Positions 17,239-26,065 of a stretch of 51,315 bases of DNA are shown here, piece after piece (within the stretch, counting starts at the first letter, position 1; every line of letters starts with the position of its first letter). The notes below the pieces were generated by a model. It saw only the letters and a list, made by a program, of their open reading frames with translations, was not told the origin of the DNA and searched no databases. A program made the position numbers and the translations under genes. Origin of the DNA: Armatimonadota bacterium (GTDB lineage Bacteria; Armatimonadota; UBA10988); contig JACRKZ010000105.1 in the NCBI GenBank assembly GCA_016235455.1, positions 1 to 51,315 on the forward strand, given 5' to 3'.

Positions 17239-18519
17239 TCAGCCCTCCACCCGCAACCCCACCCGCGCCAGCCCGCGCTTGGTCTCCGGCAGCCGCTCGA
17301 ACAGCCGCCAGACCAGCCCGTCGCGCTCGTTGGCGATGCCGCACAGGCCCGATCCCACGTCGATGCCGATGGCGTCCTCGTGGACCCAGTTGCGCTGGCG
17401 GTTGGCGCCACTGACGAAGCCGTACCGTCCGTAGACCGAGCCGCCGTAGCGCGTCAGCAGGCTGCGGAGCGTAGGCTTGACCAGTTCGGGCGCCCAGGGC
17501 AGCGCACCGACCAGGGCCCAGGGGCAGATGGTGCCGTCGTCGTCGGGCTGGCCTGGTGGCGCGCGGCGGGCGCGGTAGCCCTCGGGGGTGTCGGTGGCCG
17601 AAAGGCCCCAGAAACCGGCGTCGTAGCCGAACCGCCCGCCGGCGGCGGGGTCGAGCGCGTAGAGCTGGTTGATGCGTACGGCGTTGACCGCCGCGGCGTG
17701 ATAGTCGGCGCCGCCAGCCCGGACGTCCGGCCGGCCGCGCCAATCGATCCAGCAGCCGTTGTAGTTGAACACGAACAGGCCGAGCGGGTAGGTGGGCCGG
17801 CCCGCATACTCGCCTAACGTGTCGCGGTTCCAGGCGGTCCAGCATGCAGCGGGCAGCGGCCGGGTGGGGTGCATCTGCGCCAGCAGGTTGACCAGCAGTG
17901 TCTCGGAGTAGGTGTCCCAGCGGTAGGGGATGAAGCCCTGCTCGGGCCGCCAGCCGTGGCTCAAGCGGGTGTCGCCATTGAGCATCCAGGCCCAGTCCAG
18001 ACGCTCGTGCAGCGCCCGGGCCAGGTCGGCGGCCTCGCCGCCGAAAGCGGAGCCGGCCAGCAGCGCGCCGTAGAAGAACAGCGCGGTATCGACCGACGAC
18101 AGCTCGCAGGTGCCTGCCCGCTGGGCGCTACGCACATCCATGAAGTGGTAGTAGAAGCCGTGCTCTGCCGGCCAGCGGTCGCGTGCGGCGCGCAGTGTGA
18201 CCAGGGCGCGCGCACGCGCCGCCTCACGGTCCAGCAGCCCTCGCTCGACCCCGACCACCAGCGCGGTGAGCCCGAACCCCGTGGCGGCCGACGAGGCCAG
18301 CGCGGCGCGGTCTGGGCCCAGCGTGCCGGCGCGGTCCTTGGTGAGTCCGGTCTCGGGGTCGGTCTCATACCAGAAGTAGGCCAGCGCGTCTCGTTCGATG
18401 CGGTCGAGCAGGGCGCGGTCGTCGGCGGGCACATCGAGCGGTCGCCGGGGCTCCAGGGCCGCGCCCAGGCAGTGCGTGCCCAGCGCCGCGGCGAGCAGCA
18501 GCAGGCCGACGCGCTTCAT
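17239..18519 (-). CDS. Secreted glucoamylase-like (alpha/alpha)6 glycoside hydrolase, GH144 (beta-1,2-glucanase)-like
   Basis: Signal peptide; AATGFGLTAL.VGVERG, HGFYYHF, ELSSVDTALF, WDTYSE, WGLSA, DGTI.P.A, YGRYGF, IGIDVG. Confidence 0.8.
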   Translation of the reverse strand: MKRVGLLLLAAALGTHCLGAALEPRRPLDVPADDRALLDRIERDALAYFWYETDPETGLTKDRAGTLGPDRAALASSAATGFGLTALVVGVERGLLDREAARARALVTLRAARDRWPAEHGFYYHFMDVRSAQRAGTCELSSVDTALFFYGALLAGSAFGGEAADLARALHERLDWAWMLNGDTRLSHGWRPEQGFIPYRWDTYSETLLVNLLAQMHPTRPLPAACWTAWNRDTLGEYAGRPTYPLGLFVFNYNGCWIDWRGRPDVRAGGADYHAAAVNAVRINQLYALDPAAGGRFGYDAGFWGLSATDTPEGYRARRAPPGQPDDDGTICPWALVGALPWAPELVKPTLRSLLTRYGGSVYGRYGFVSGANRQRNWVHEDAIGIDVGSGLCGIANERDGLVWRLFERLPETKRGLARVGLRVEG

Positions 18520-20075
18520 GCGTGGTGCGACTTGCGCCGGATGGGCAGCGTGACGGTGAAGCAAGAGCCGCTGCCGGGCGTCGAGACGAGGTCGATGCGG
18601 CCGCGGTGCACCGCCACGAACTTGCGCACCACGGCGAGCCCGAAGCCGGGACCGCGGGTGTTGAACTCGTATTGCCCCGAGCTGTGATGCGACGTGTTCA
18701 ACGTGCCGAAGAACTGCTCGAAGATGAACGGGCGGTCCGCCTCGGGGATGCCGATGCCGTTGTCGCGCACGCTGAACCAGCAGTGGTCGTTGTCCTCGCA
18801 GAGGCCGGCGGTGATCGTCACCTGGCCGCCGTCGGGCGTGAACTTGATGGCGTTCATCAGCAGGTTCGCCACCACGTCACGCATCATGGACACGTCCATG
18901 GTCACTGGCGGCAGCGCCTCGCTCACGTCCACCACCAGCGTGTGCTGGCGCATCTGGCTGAACGACCGCACATCACCGGCCGCATCCTCCAGCAACCGCT
19001 TGAGGCTGCGCGCGCGGAACTGCCCGGTGAAGTCCGGCTGGCCGCTCTCCAGCAGCTTGAGCGCGGTGTTGAGGATGGAGGTCAGTCGCCCCGCGCTCCG
19101 CTGGGCCGCGGCCATCAGGTTGTCGCGCAGCGCTGCCGGCATCTCCTGGCCGAGGCAGTCGAGCAGTCCGGTCAGCAGCGTGACGGGCGTGCGCAGTTCG
19201 TGAGCCGCCACGTCGAGGAAGGCCGTCTTCATCTGCTCGATGCGGGTCAACTCCTCGGCGTGCGAGGTTTTGAGTCGGGCCTCGCGCAGCGCCTCGTTGG
19301 CCGCCTGCAGTTCGTCCGTGCGCCGTTCGAGCTGGATGTAGAGCTGCTCCAGGTCGTGGGTGTAGGCTTCCAGGTCGCGCTCGACCTGCTTGCGGTCGCC
19401 GATGTCCTGCAGCACCACCCAGTTGCCCAGGCACGCGCCGCCAGAATCGCGCAGCGACGACAACGCACAGGAGACGTCCATGTGGCTGGCTGCGACGAAA
19501 CGCACGTCGAACGGCCGGGCCGGCTCGTGGTCGGCCATGGCCGACAGAGCATCGAGCACGGCGCCGAACTTGCGGCGGTCGCCTTCGTGCAGCACTTCGG
19601 TGAAGGGCTGGCCCCAGAGCGTTTCGGCCGATTGGCCCAGACGCTGCCGGAGGCTGCGATTGGCGGTCACGATGTGGCCCTGTGGGTCGAGCAGGGCGAC
19701 CATGACCGGTGCCTGGTCGAGCCAGCCCGGCTCGCTGGCCGGCTCGGCCGCGTCGGGGTTCGGCGTGACCACCGCGAGCAGGCGGCCGGGCCGCTCCGTG
19801 CACAGGCAGACGGTGAACGCTTCGCCATCCAGCGCCCACGGCGCCGACCAGGCCAGCCCGGTACGCGCCGAGGACAGCGCCTCGGCCCGTTGCCAGACGG
19901 CCGGCAACGTGCCGTCTGCGTCGCGCTCGAGGAGAACCGTGCCGACGGTGTTACAGGAGATCAGCTCCCCGCCGGCCGACAGCAAGAACACCCCGGCATC
20001 GAAACCGGAGTTGCTGGCCACTGCCAAGGCGGGCTGGGCTTGCTGTGAAACCGACACGTTGCACACCATCTGCAT
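18516..20075 (-). CDS. Cytoplasmic PAS-domain sensor histidine kinase
   Basis: PAS (LLDPQGHIVTAN, QDIGDRKQ), coiled coil, H-box AAHELRTP, N-box NLLMNAIKFT, DNGIGI, GPGFGL. Start uncertain. Confidence 0.9.
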   Translation of the reverse strand: MQMVCNVSVSQQAQPALAVASNSGFDAGVFLLSAGGELISCNTVGTVLLERDADGTLPAVWQRAEALSSARTGLAWSAPWALDGEAFTVCLCTERPGRLLAVVTPNPDAAEPASEPGWLDQAPVMVALLDPQGHIVTANRSLRQRLGQSAETLWGQPFTEVLHEGDRRKFGAVLDALSAMADHEPARPFDVRFVAASHMDVSCALSSLRDSGGACLGNWVVLQDIGDRKQVERDLEAYTHDLEQLYIQLERRTDELQAANEALREARLKTSHAEELTRIEQMKTAFLDVAAHELRTPVTLLTGLLDCLGQEMPAALRDNLMAAAQRSAGRLTSILNTALKLLESGQPDFTGQFRARSLKRLLEDAAGDVRSFSQMRQHTLVVDVSEALPPVTMDVSMMRDVVANLLMNAIKFTPDGGQVTITAGLCEDNDHCWFSVRDNGIGIPEADRPFIFEQFFGTLNTSHHSSGQYEFNTRGPGFGLAVVRKFVAVHRGRIDLVSTPGSGSCFTVTLPIRRKSHHA

Positions 20076-20154
20076 CAGATCGAGTGGCTAGCGTACCAGA
20101 ACGATGTTGTCTGGCTGTTGCATGTCGGTTGCGCACGTAGCGAATCGATGTCGG

Positions 20155-22554
20155 CTATTCGATTGAGCCAAGGATGTGCATCCCATCGCGCAATCGTTCG
20201 GTCGGCACCAGGTTGCCCTCGAGCGGTGTGCCGTCGATGGTCAGCCGCACGTCGCCACGGCCCAGGCCGTTGGTGTTGGTGACGGTGATCCGCACGCGGT
20301 GGCCGCGGAAGACGCGCTCGGCACGGTAGCCCGGCCAGGCCGCGGGCAGGCAGGGGTCGATGCGCAGACCATCGATCTCGGGGCGGATGCCCAGGATCCA
20401 GTGGGTGGCGACATACGTGCTCCACGAGGCCGTGCCGCTGAGCCACGGCACGCGCGAGGCGCCGAAGCGCGGCGAATGGCGGCCGTGGGTGCTCTGGCAG
20501 TGGACAAACGGCTCCACGCCGCGCACGTCGGCCAGATCGTTCTGTGCGGCGGGCAGGTAGGCGCGGTAGTAGGCGTAGGCCTGGTCGCCACGGCCGCGCA
20601 GGATCTCGGCCAGCACCGCCCAGCTCTGGGTGTGGCTGAAGATGCCGCCATTCTCCTTGTTGCTCGGATTGAACAGCACGGCGCGCATGACCGCCACCGG
20701 GGTGGTGTCGAACGGCGGGTCGCACAGGGCCACGCCGTAGTCGGTGGCCAGCCGGTCGCGCACGGTGTTCAGGCATAGCTCGGTCTGCTCGGGGCTGGCC
20801 GCGCCGCTGATCACGGCCCAGGCCTGGGTGTTCAGGTAGACCTGACCCTCGGGGTGGTCCTTGGTGCCGAACACCGTGCCGTCCTCGCCGATGGCCCAGA
20901 TGAACCACTCGCCATCCCAGCAGACGGCCGCGATGGCGGCGTCGAGCTGCTGCCGCTGCGCCTGAGCCCATGCCGCTTCGTCGGCGCGGCCCAGCCGCTC
21001 GGCCAGACAGGCGTAGCTGGCCAGGCCGAGCCGCAACTGGAAGGCGACGAACACGCTCTCGCCGCGGTATCCCAGTTTGAGGCAGTCGTTCCAGTCGGCC
21101 AGCAGCCCGCAGGGCAGACCGTGAGCGCCGGTACGCTCCAGGTTGAACTCCAGCGCGCGTCGCAGATGGCCCAGCACCGTGGCCTGGCCCTGGTCGGCAT
21201 ACGGGACGACCTCGTCGAGCAGGGCCAGATCACCGGTCTCGGCCAGGTAGGCAGGCACCACGTTGAACAGCCACAGGCAGTCGTCAGACCGATAGTGCGC
21301 GGGGTCGGTGGGCGCCATCGAACCGGGCTGGTGCAGCCAGGGGCGCACTTCGGGCTGGGCACCGCCCGTGGAATCCTGCGCCGAGAGCATCAGCCGCAGC
21401 CGATCGCGAACGCCATCGCCGAGATAGGGCAGCACGCCCAGCAAATCCTGAACCGTATCGCGATAGCCGAACCCGTCGCGCGAGTCGCCGGTATAGACCA
21501 GGCTGCAACTGCGCGACCACTCGTAGGTGATCAGCGCGTTGTAGGTGTTCCAGACGTTGACCATGTGGTCGAAGTCGGCATCGGGCGTCTCGGCGCTCTG
21601 GCGGCGAATCAGGCTGTGCCAGTGCTCCTTGAGCCGCGCCAACTCCTGCTCGGCGCGCTCGGCCGTGCCATACTCGGCGCGCACGCCGACGCCCACCGTC
21701 GCCGCGCGGCCTACGCCGAGCATGACAATCACGGTCTCCTCGGCGCCCGGCGGCAGGAAGAGATCGCTCTGCACCGCGCCGCACAGGTTGTCTGAGAAGC
21801 CGGCCGAGTTGCCGCAGGCGCCGCGCTCCACCGACCGCGGGTTGTCAAAGCCGCGGTACGGCCCAAGGAACGCGTCGCGGTCGAGGTCATAGCCGCTAAT
21901 GTCGCCGCCGACCTGGGCCAGATACCACCAGCGGCTCTGGTCGCGGTTGGCGAAATTGCCCTCGTCCTCGGGCAGCCGGGCGCACGATGAGACGGAGATC
22001 AGCCCCGGCTCGAGGCACTCGGCCTGGCCGATGTACTGGCTGTACTGCAGGTTCAGCAGGTCGTTGGGCAGGTTCCACTCGTTGGTGAACTCGCAGAACG
22101 ACACGACGTTGAGCCGCCGCGGCTGGTCGCCGGTGTTGCGCACGCGCAGCACCCAGTACTCAAACGCGGCGTCCAGCGGCACGAAGTAGGTCGTCTCGCA
22201 GTGGATGCCCAGGTAGTCGCTGTCGATGACGCAGTAGGAGGTGCCGAAGCGACAGGTGCTGCGGTAGACGTCGAGCGGCCGGCCCACGGGCTGCCAGGCG
22301 GCGCTCCAGACCATGTTGGCTTCGGCGTCGCGCAGGTAGAAGGTGCGGCCCGGCTGATCGGCGGGAATGGCATTGTAGCGGAAGCGCAGGAGCCGGCCCT
22401 CGGCGGGCGAACGAGTGAAGCTGTAGCCACCGCCATGGTTGGTGATGACGCCGCCGTAGCGGCGCGAGCCCAGGTAGTTGCTCCACGGCCGAGGTGTGTC
22501 CGGCCGAGTGATGACATACTCGAGTGCCGCGTCGTCAAAGTGCCCATATGTCAT
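20155..22554 (-). CDS. GH94 disaccharide phosphorylase (chitobiose/cellobiose phosphorylase-like)
   Basis: MTYGHFDD..EYVITRPDTPRPWSNYLG, GFGYRDTVQD, RSDDCLWL, ADWNDCL, KENGGIFSH, WLSGTA; 799 aa. Confidence 0.93.
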   Translation of the reverse strand: MTYGHFDDAALEYVITRPDTPRPWSNYLGSRRYGGVITNHGGGYSFTRSPAEGRLLRFRYNAIPADQPGRTFYLRDAEANMVWSAAWQPVGRPLDVYRSTCRFGTSYCVIDSDYLGIHCETTYFVPLDAAFEYWVLRVRNTGDQPRRLNVVSFCEFTNEWNLPNDLLNLQYSQYIGQAECLEPGLISVSSCARLPEDEGNFANRDQSRWWYLAQVGGDISGYDLDRDAFLGPYRGFDNPRSVERGACGNSAGFSDNLCGAVQSDLFLPPGAEETVIVMLGVGRAATVGVGVRAEYGTAERAEQELARLKEHWHSLIRRQSAETPDADFDHMVNVWNTYNALITYEWSRSCSLVYTGDSRDGFGYRDTVQDLLGVLPYLGDGVRDRLRLMLSAQDSTGGAQPEVRPWLHQPGSMAPTDPAHYRSDDCLWLFNVVPAYLAETGDLALLDEVVPYADQGQATVLGHLRRALEFNLERTGAHGLPCGLLADWNDCLKLGYRGESVFVAFQLRLGLASYACLAERLGRADEAAWAQAQRQQLDAAIAAVCWDGEWFIWAIGEDGTVFGTKDHPEGQVYLNTQAWAVISGAASPEQTELCLNTVRDRLATDYGVALCDPPFDTTPVAVMRAVLFNPSNKENGGIFSHTQSWAVLAEILRGRGDQAYAYYRAYLPAAQNDLADVRGVEPFVHCQSTHGRHSPRFGASRVPWLSGTASWSTYVATHWILGIRPEIDGLRIDPCLPAAWPGYRAERVFRGHRVRITVTNTNGLGRGDVRLTIDGTPLEGNLVPTERLRDGMHILGSIE

Positions 22555-22638
22555 GTGCGCCCACTCCCTCGCGAAGGCTACCACTTGCACGAGTGCCGGG
22601 CAACGCATGAGAATGCTTTCTGCCCAGAGGAGATGACG

Positions 22639-24207
22639 ATGCGCCGGTCCTTCTACGCGCTGGCCGCGGCTGCGGCTCTGGCCACGGCCGCCTGTGCCCA
22701 GGTGGCCGCCGACCCCAAGCCGGCCGAGAGCTGGCTCGGCATCAACCTCAACGGCCCCGCCGACTGGAATGCCGAACAGCCGTTCGTCGACGTCTTCCGC
22801 CTGTCGCGTGAGTGGATCAGCCAGCGCGAGGGCCAGGGCTGGGGCCAGGGCCCCAAGCTCGATCTCGACGAGCACGGCTGGATCCGGCGCCTGGAGCCCG
22901 GCTGCTTCGCCGAGACGCCGATGATGACCGGCCTCAAGGATCCGCACCGGCCCGCGGGCGAGTACGTCTGCTTGTATGCGGGCAAGGGCACGGTGGAGTT
23001 CTGGAACGTCAAGCGCACGGTGAAGAGCGAGCCTGGCCGCATCGTGGTGGAGCCGGGCGGCGACACCATGTGGCTGCGCATCCGCGCCACCGACCCGGCC
23101 GACCCGGTGCGTGACATCCGCGTGCTCATGCCGGGCTTCGAAGAGGGCGACCTGTACCGCCGGGAGCCGTTCCGGCCCGGCCTGCTCAAGCAGTGGGCCA
23201 GCTTCAACACCTACCGCTTCATGGACTGGATGGAGACCAACGGCAGCCCGCAGAAGACCTGGGCCGATCGGCCCAAGCCCGATGATGCCACTTGGACGCG
23301 GCGTGGTATTCCGCTCGAGGTGATGATCGACATCTGCAACCGCGCCAAGGTCAATCCCTGGTTCTGCCTGCCGCACCAGGCCGACGACGACTACGTGAAG
23401 CAGTTCGCGCAGCAGGTCAAAGACAAGCTAGATCCCGCGCTCAAGGTGCATATCGAGTACTCGAACGAGGTCTGGAACAGCATGTTCGCCCAGAACCGCT
23501 ACGCGCAGGACAAGGGCAAGGAGCTGGGGCTCGGCCCCAAGGAGCGGCCGTGGGAAGGCGCGGGCATGTACTACGCCAGGCGCTCGCTGGAGATCTTTGG
23601 CATCTGTGAGAAGGTCTTTGGCGGCCGCGACCGGCTGGTGCGCGTGCTGGCCTGGCAGGCGGCCAGCCCGTGGTGGGTGGAGAACATCATCCTGCCCACC
23701 GAGAACGCGGGCAAGAACGCCGATGCGCTGGCCATCGCGCCGTACATCACCTTCCTGCCGCGGCCCGGCGGCGACCCGAGCTCCGACACCGTGGGCGGCT
23801 GGACCGTCGAGCAGATCCTCGACTACACCGAGCAGAAGGCGCTGCCCGAGTGCCTGGGCTGGATGAAACAGCAGAAGGCGCTGGCCGACCGCTACGGGCT
23901 CAAACTGGTCTGCTACGAGGCTGGCCAGCACCTGGTCGGCGTGGGCGGCGGCGAGAACAACCAGGCGCTGACCGACAAGTTCACCGCGGCTAACCGGCAT
24001 CCGCGCATGGGCGCGATCTACACCAAGTACCTGGACGGCTGGCGCGCCGCGGGCGGTGACCTGATGTGCATGTTCGCCTCCGTGGGCGGCTGGAGCAAGT
24101 GGGGTTCATGGGGGCTGGCCGAATGGATCGATGAGACCGAGGCCGACCAGCCCAAGCTCGGGGCCGTGATGGCCTGGAACCGCGCCAACGGGCGGCCGGC
24201 CAAGTAG
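22639..24207 (+). CDS. Secreted putative glycoside hydrolase, clan GH-A-like TIM barrel ('cellulose-binding protein' type)
   Basis: GAGGAG RBS, signal peptide, RFMDW, PWFCLPH, IEYSNEVWN (putative acid/base), YEAGQH (putative nucleophile). Confidence 0.75.
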   Translation: MRRSFYALAAAAALATAACAQVAADPKPAESWLGINLNGPADWNAEQPFVDVFRLSREWISQREGQGWGQGPKLDLDEHGWIRRLEPGCFAETPMMTGLKDPHRPAGEYVCLYAGKGTVEFWNVKRTVKSEPGRIVVEPGGDTMWLRIRATDPADPVRDIRVLMPGFEEGDLYRREPFRPGLLKQWASFNTYRFMDWMETNGSPQKTWADRPKPDDATWTRRGIPLEVMIDICNRAKVNPWFCLPHQADDDYVKQFAQQVKDKLDPALKVHIEYSNEVWNSMFAQNRYAQDKGKELGLGPKERPWEGAGMYYARRSLEIFGICEKVFGGRDRLVRVLAWQAASPWWVENIILPTENAGKNADALAIAPYITFLPRPGGDPSSDTVGGWTVEQILDYTEQKALPECLGWMKQQKALADRYGLKLVCYEAGQHLVGVGGGENNQALTDKFTAANRHPRMGAIYTKYLDGWRAAGGDLMCMFASVGGWSKWGSWGLAEWIDETEADQPKLGAVMAWNRANGRPAK

Positions 24208-24208
24208 C

Positions 24209-25987
24209 ATGCGCTGCGCCGGGCTGGGCTTGCTGCTGTGCGCGCTGACCTGCGCGGCGGAGGCGCCGCCACAGGCTGGCTACGGCCGTCACGGCCGGCT
24301 GTATGTCGTGCCCTGCCCAGCGCCGGTCACGGTCGATGCGCGGCTGGACGAGTGGGACAACTCGGGCCGGCTGCTCCTCGACGGGCCGGACCAGCAGCGG
24401 GCGCGCCTGGCCGCCATGTGGGATGCCGAGGCGCTCTACCTGAGTGGCGTGGTGCGCGACACCACGCCGCTGGAAGCCGACGACGGTCTCACGCTGTGGC
24501 TCGATCGCGGCACACCCCAGCGACTGACCATCGAGCCGGGCGGCCCGCGCACCGCCTTCCGCCTGGCCGATGACGGGCTGGGCTACGTGTTCGAGTGCCG
24601 GGTGCCGTGGTCGGCGCTGGGCAAGCCGCCGCTGGCGGACGCCAGCCTGGCCGGGGCGCTGCGCATGAGCTGGGGGCCCGGCCAGACCGCCTGCGATGTG
24701 CTGAACCAGCCGGGCGCACCGGAGGCCGACCCGGCCTGCTGGGGGCGCCTCATCTTCTGCGCACACGGCCGCCTGCCGGGCGAGTTGCTGGGTGAAGCGC
24801 TGGCGCCCGAACGGCCCACGCCGCTCCGGCTGCGCTATGTACTGCCGGCTGACGGCTATGCCACGCTCCAGATCCGCACTGAAGACGGGTGGCACCGTCG
24901 GCTCGTGGTTGCGGGCCAACGACGCCGGCTGGGCCAGAACGTCGAGCCCTGGGATGGCTGCGATGACCAGGGCCGGCCGCTGGCCGCCGGGCGCTACCGG
25001 TGGGACGGGCTCTATCATCTGGGCATCACCGCCGAGCCGCTGCCCGAGGCGCCGGCCGTGGCGGCGCCCGTGACCGACGGGCAGTGGCGCGATCCACACT
25101 CGCCTCAAGCCAACTACCGGCTGTGGGCCAGGGGCGAGCCGGCGTTCGGCTGCTGGTCCGACTCCGGCAAGCTGCGCTGGGCCGTCGGCGACTTGCTCCC
25201 ATGGCCCGCGTGCCTGGCACGCGGATACTGGCTGGCGGGCCTGGCCGAGCCGCGCGGCGCCGCCGATGGCTTCGTGGGCGTGGCCAACCGCGGCGGGCCG
25301 ACACGGCTGTTCACCGCGGACGGTCTGTACGTGACCACACTCGCTCGGGCGGGCATGTTGGCGCGGCCCGCCGCCGATGGCCCGTGGTACCTGCTGCCCG
25401 TGGCTGCCGGCGGACCGTCAGCGGTCATCGATGGGCTGCGCAGCGTGACGCGGTTGCGCGGCGGGTTGATGGTGGTCGGCGCCGACGAGGCCAAGGCGGC
25501 CCGCGATGCCGCCGGCGAATGGCAGACAGCCTGCGCGCGGCTGCGCCCCTGGTGCATCGCGCGCGGTCGCGAGGCGTTGGGCCGGGCGGAACCCGTCCGC
25601 CGGGATTTCGACGCGGCCCGCGGCTTCGTTGCGCGAGCCGTGGTCGACGGCGAGCGCCTGCGCCTGGTGGTGACGCTGCGCGGCGGCGACCTGTCCGGTC
25701 CGCTGGAACTGCGGCTCGGCGAGCGGCGCCTGGTGGTCAGCCGACGCGACGGTCAAGCGCAGGCCCTCATCGATGGCCAGCCGGCGACGGTGACCCTCGA
25801 CTGGCGCGCCACCGCCGATGGCTGCCAGGCCGAGGTGGACTTGCGGCTGGAGTCGCTGGGGCCGCTGCCCAAGCCGGGCGGGCTGGTCCGTGGCGATCTG
25901 AGCTACACCTGGGCCGGGGAACGCGTGGCTTGGGCCTCGGTAGGTGCCTCCGACGGGACGGCCGGCGGTTGGGTCACGGCCGAGTAA
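24209..25987 (+). CDS. Secreted protein with CBM9-like and FlgD-Ig-like domains
   Basis: Signal peptide; 'VTVDARLDEW...MWDAEALYL...GYVFECRVPWSAL' (CBM9-like); 'EPWDGCDDQGRPLAAGRYRW' (FlgD Ig). Confidence 0.62.
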   Translation: MRCAGLGLLLCALTCAAEAPPQAGYGRHGRLYVVPCPAPVTVDARLDEWDNSGRLLLDGPDQQRARLAAMWDAEALYLSGVVRDTTPLEADDGLTLWLDRGTPQRLTIEPGGPRTAFRLADDGLGYVFECRVPWSALGKPPLADASLAGALRMSWGPGQTACDVLNQPGAPEADPACWGRLIFCAHGRLPGELLGEALAPERPTPLRLRYVLPADGYATLQIRTEDGWHRRLVVAGQRRRLGQNVEPWDGCDDQGRPLAAGRYRWDGLYHLGITAEPLPEAPAVAAPVTDGQWRDPHSPQANYRLWARGEPAFGCWSDSGKLRWAVGDLLPWPACLARGYWLAGLAEPRGAADGFVGVANRGGPTRLFTADGLYVTTLARAGMLARPAADGPWYLLPVAAGGPSAVIDGLRSVTRLRGGLMVVGADEAKAARDAAGEWQTACARLRPWCIARGREALGRAEPVRRDFDAARGFVARAVVDGERLRLVVTLRGGDLSGPLELRLGERRLVVSRRDGQAQALIDGQPATVTLDWRATADGCQAEVDLRLESLGPLPKPGGLVRGDLSYTWAGERVAWASVGASDGTAGGWVTAE

Positions 25988-26065
25988 ACGCCGGGGTGCT
26001 GCCGGACGCGAACAGGTAGCGACAAGCGCACCGCGGCGAAGTAAACTCCCGACAGGAGTGCCGCT

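Noticed and set aside
22555-23376. 1073-aa ORF suggesting an N-terminally extended GH94
   Set aside because: The extension is the antisense shadow of the + strand gene at 22639; GH94 homology begins at MTYGHFDD (22554).
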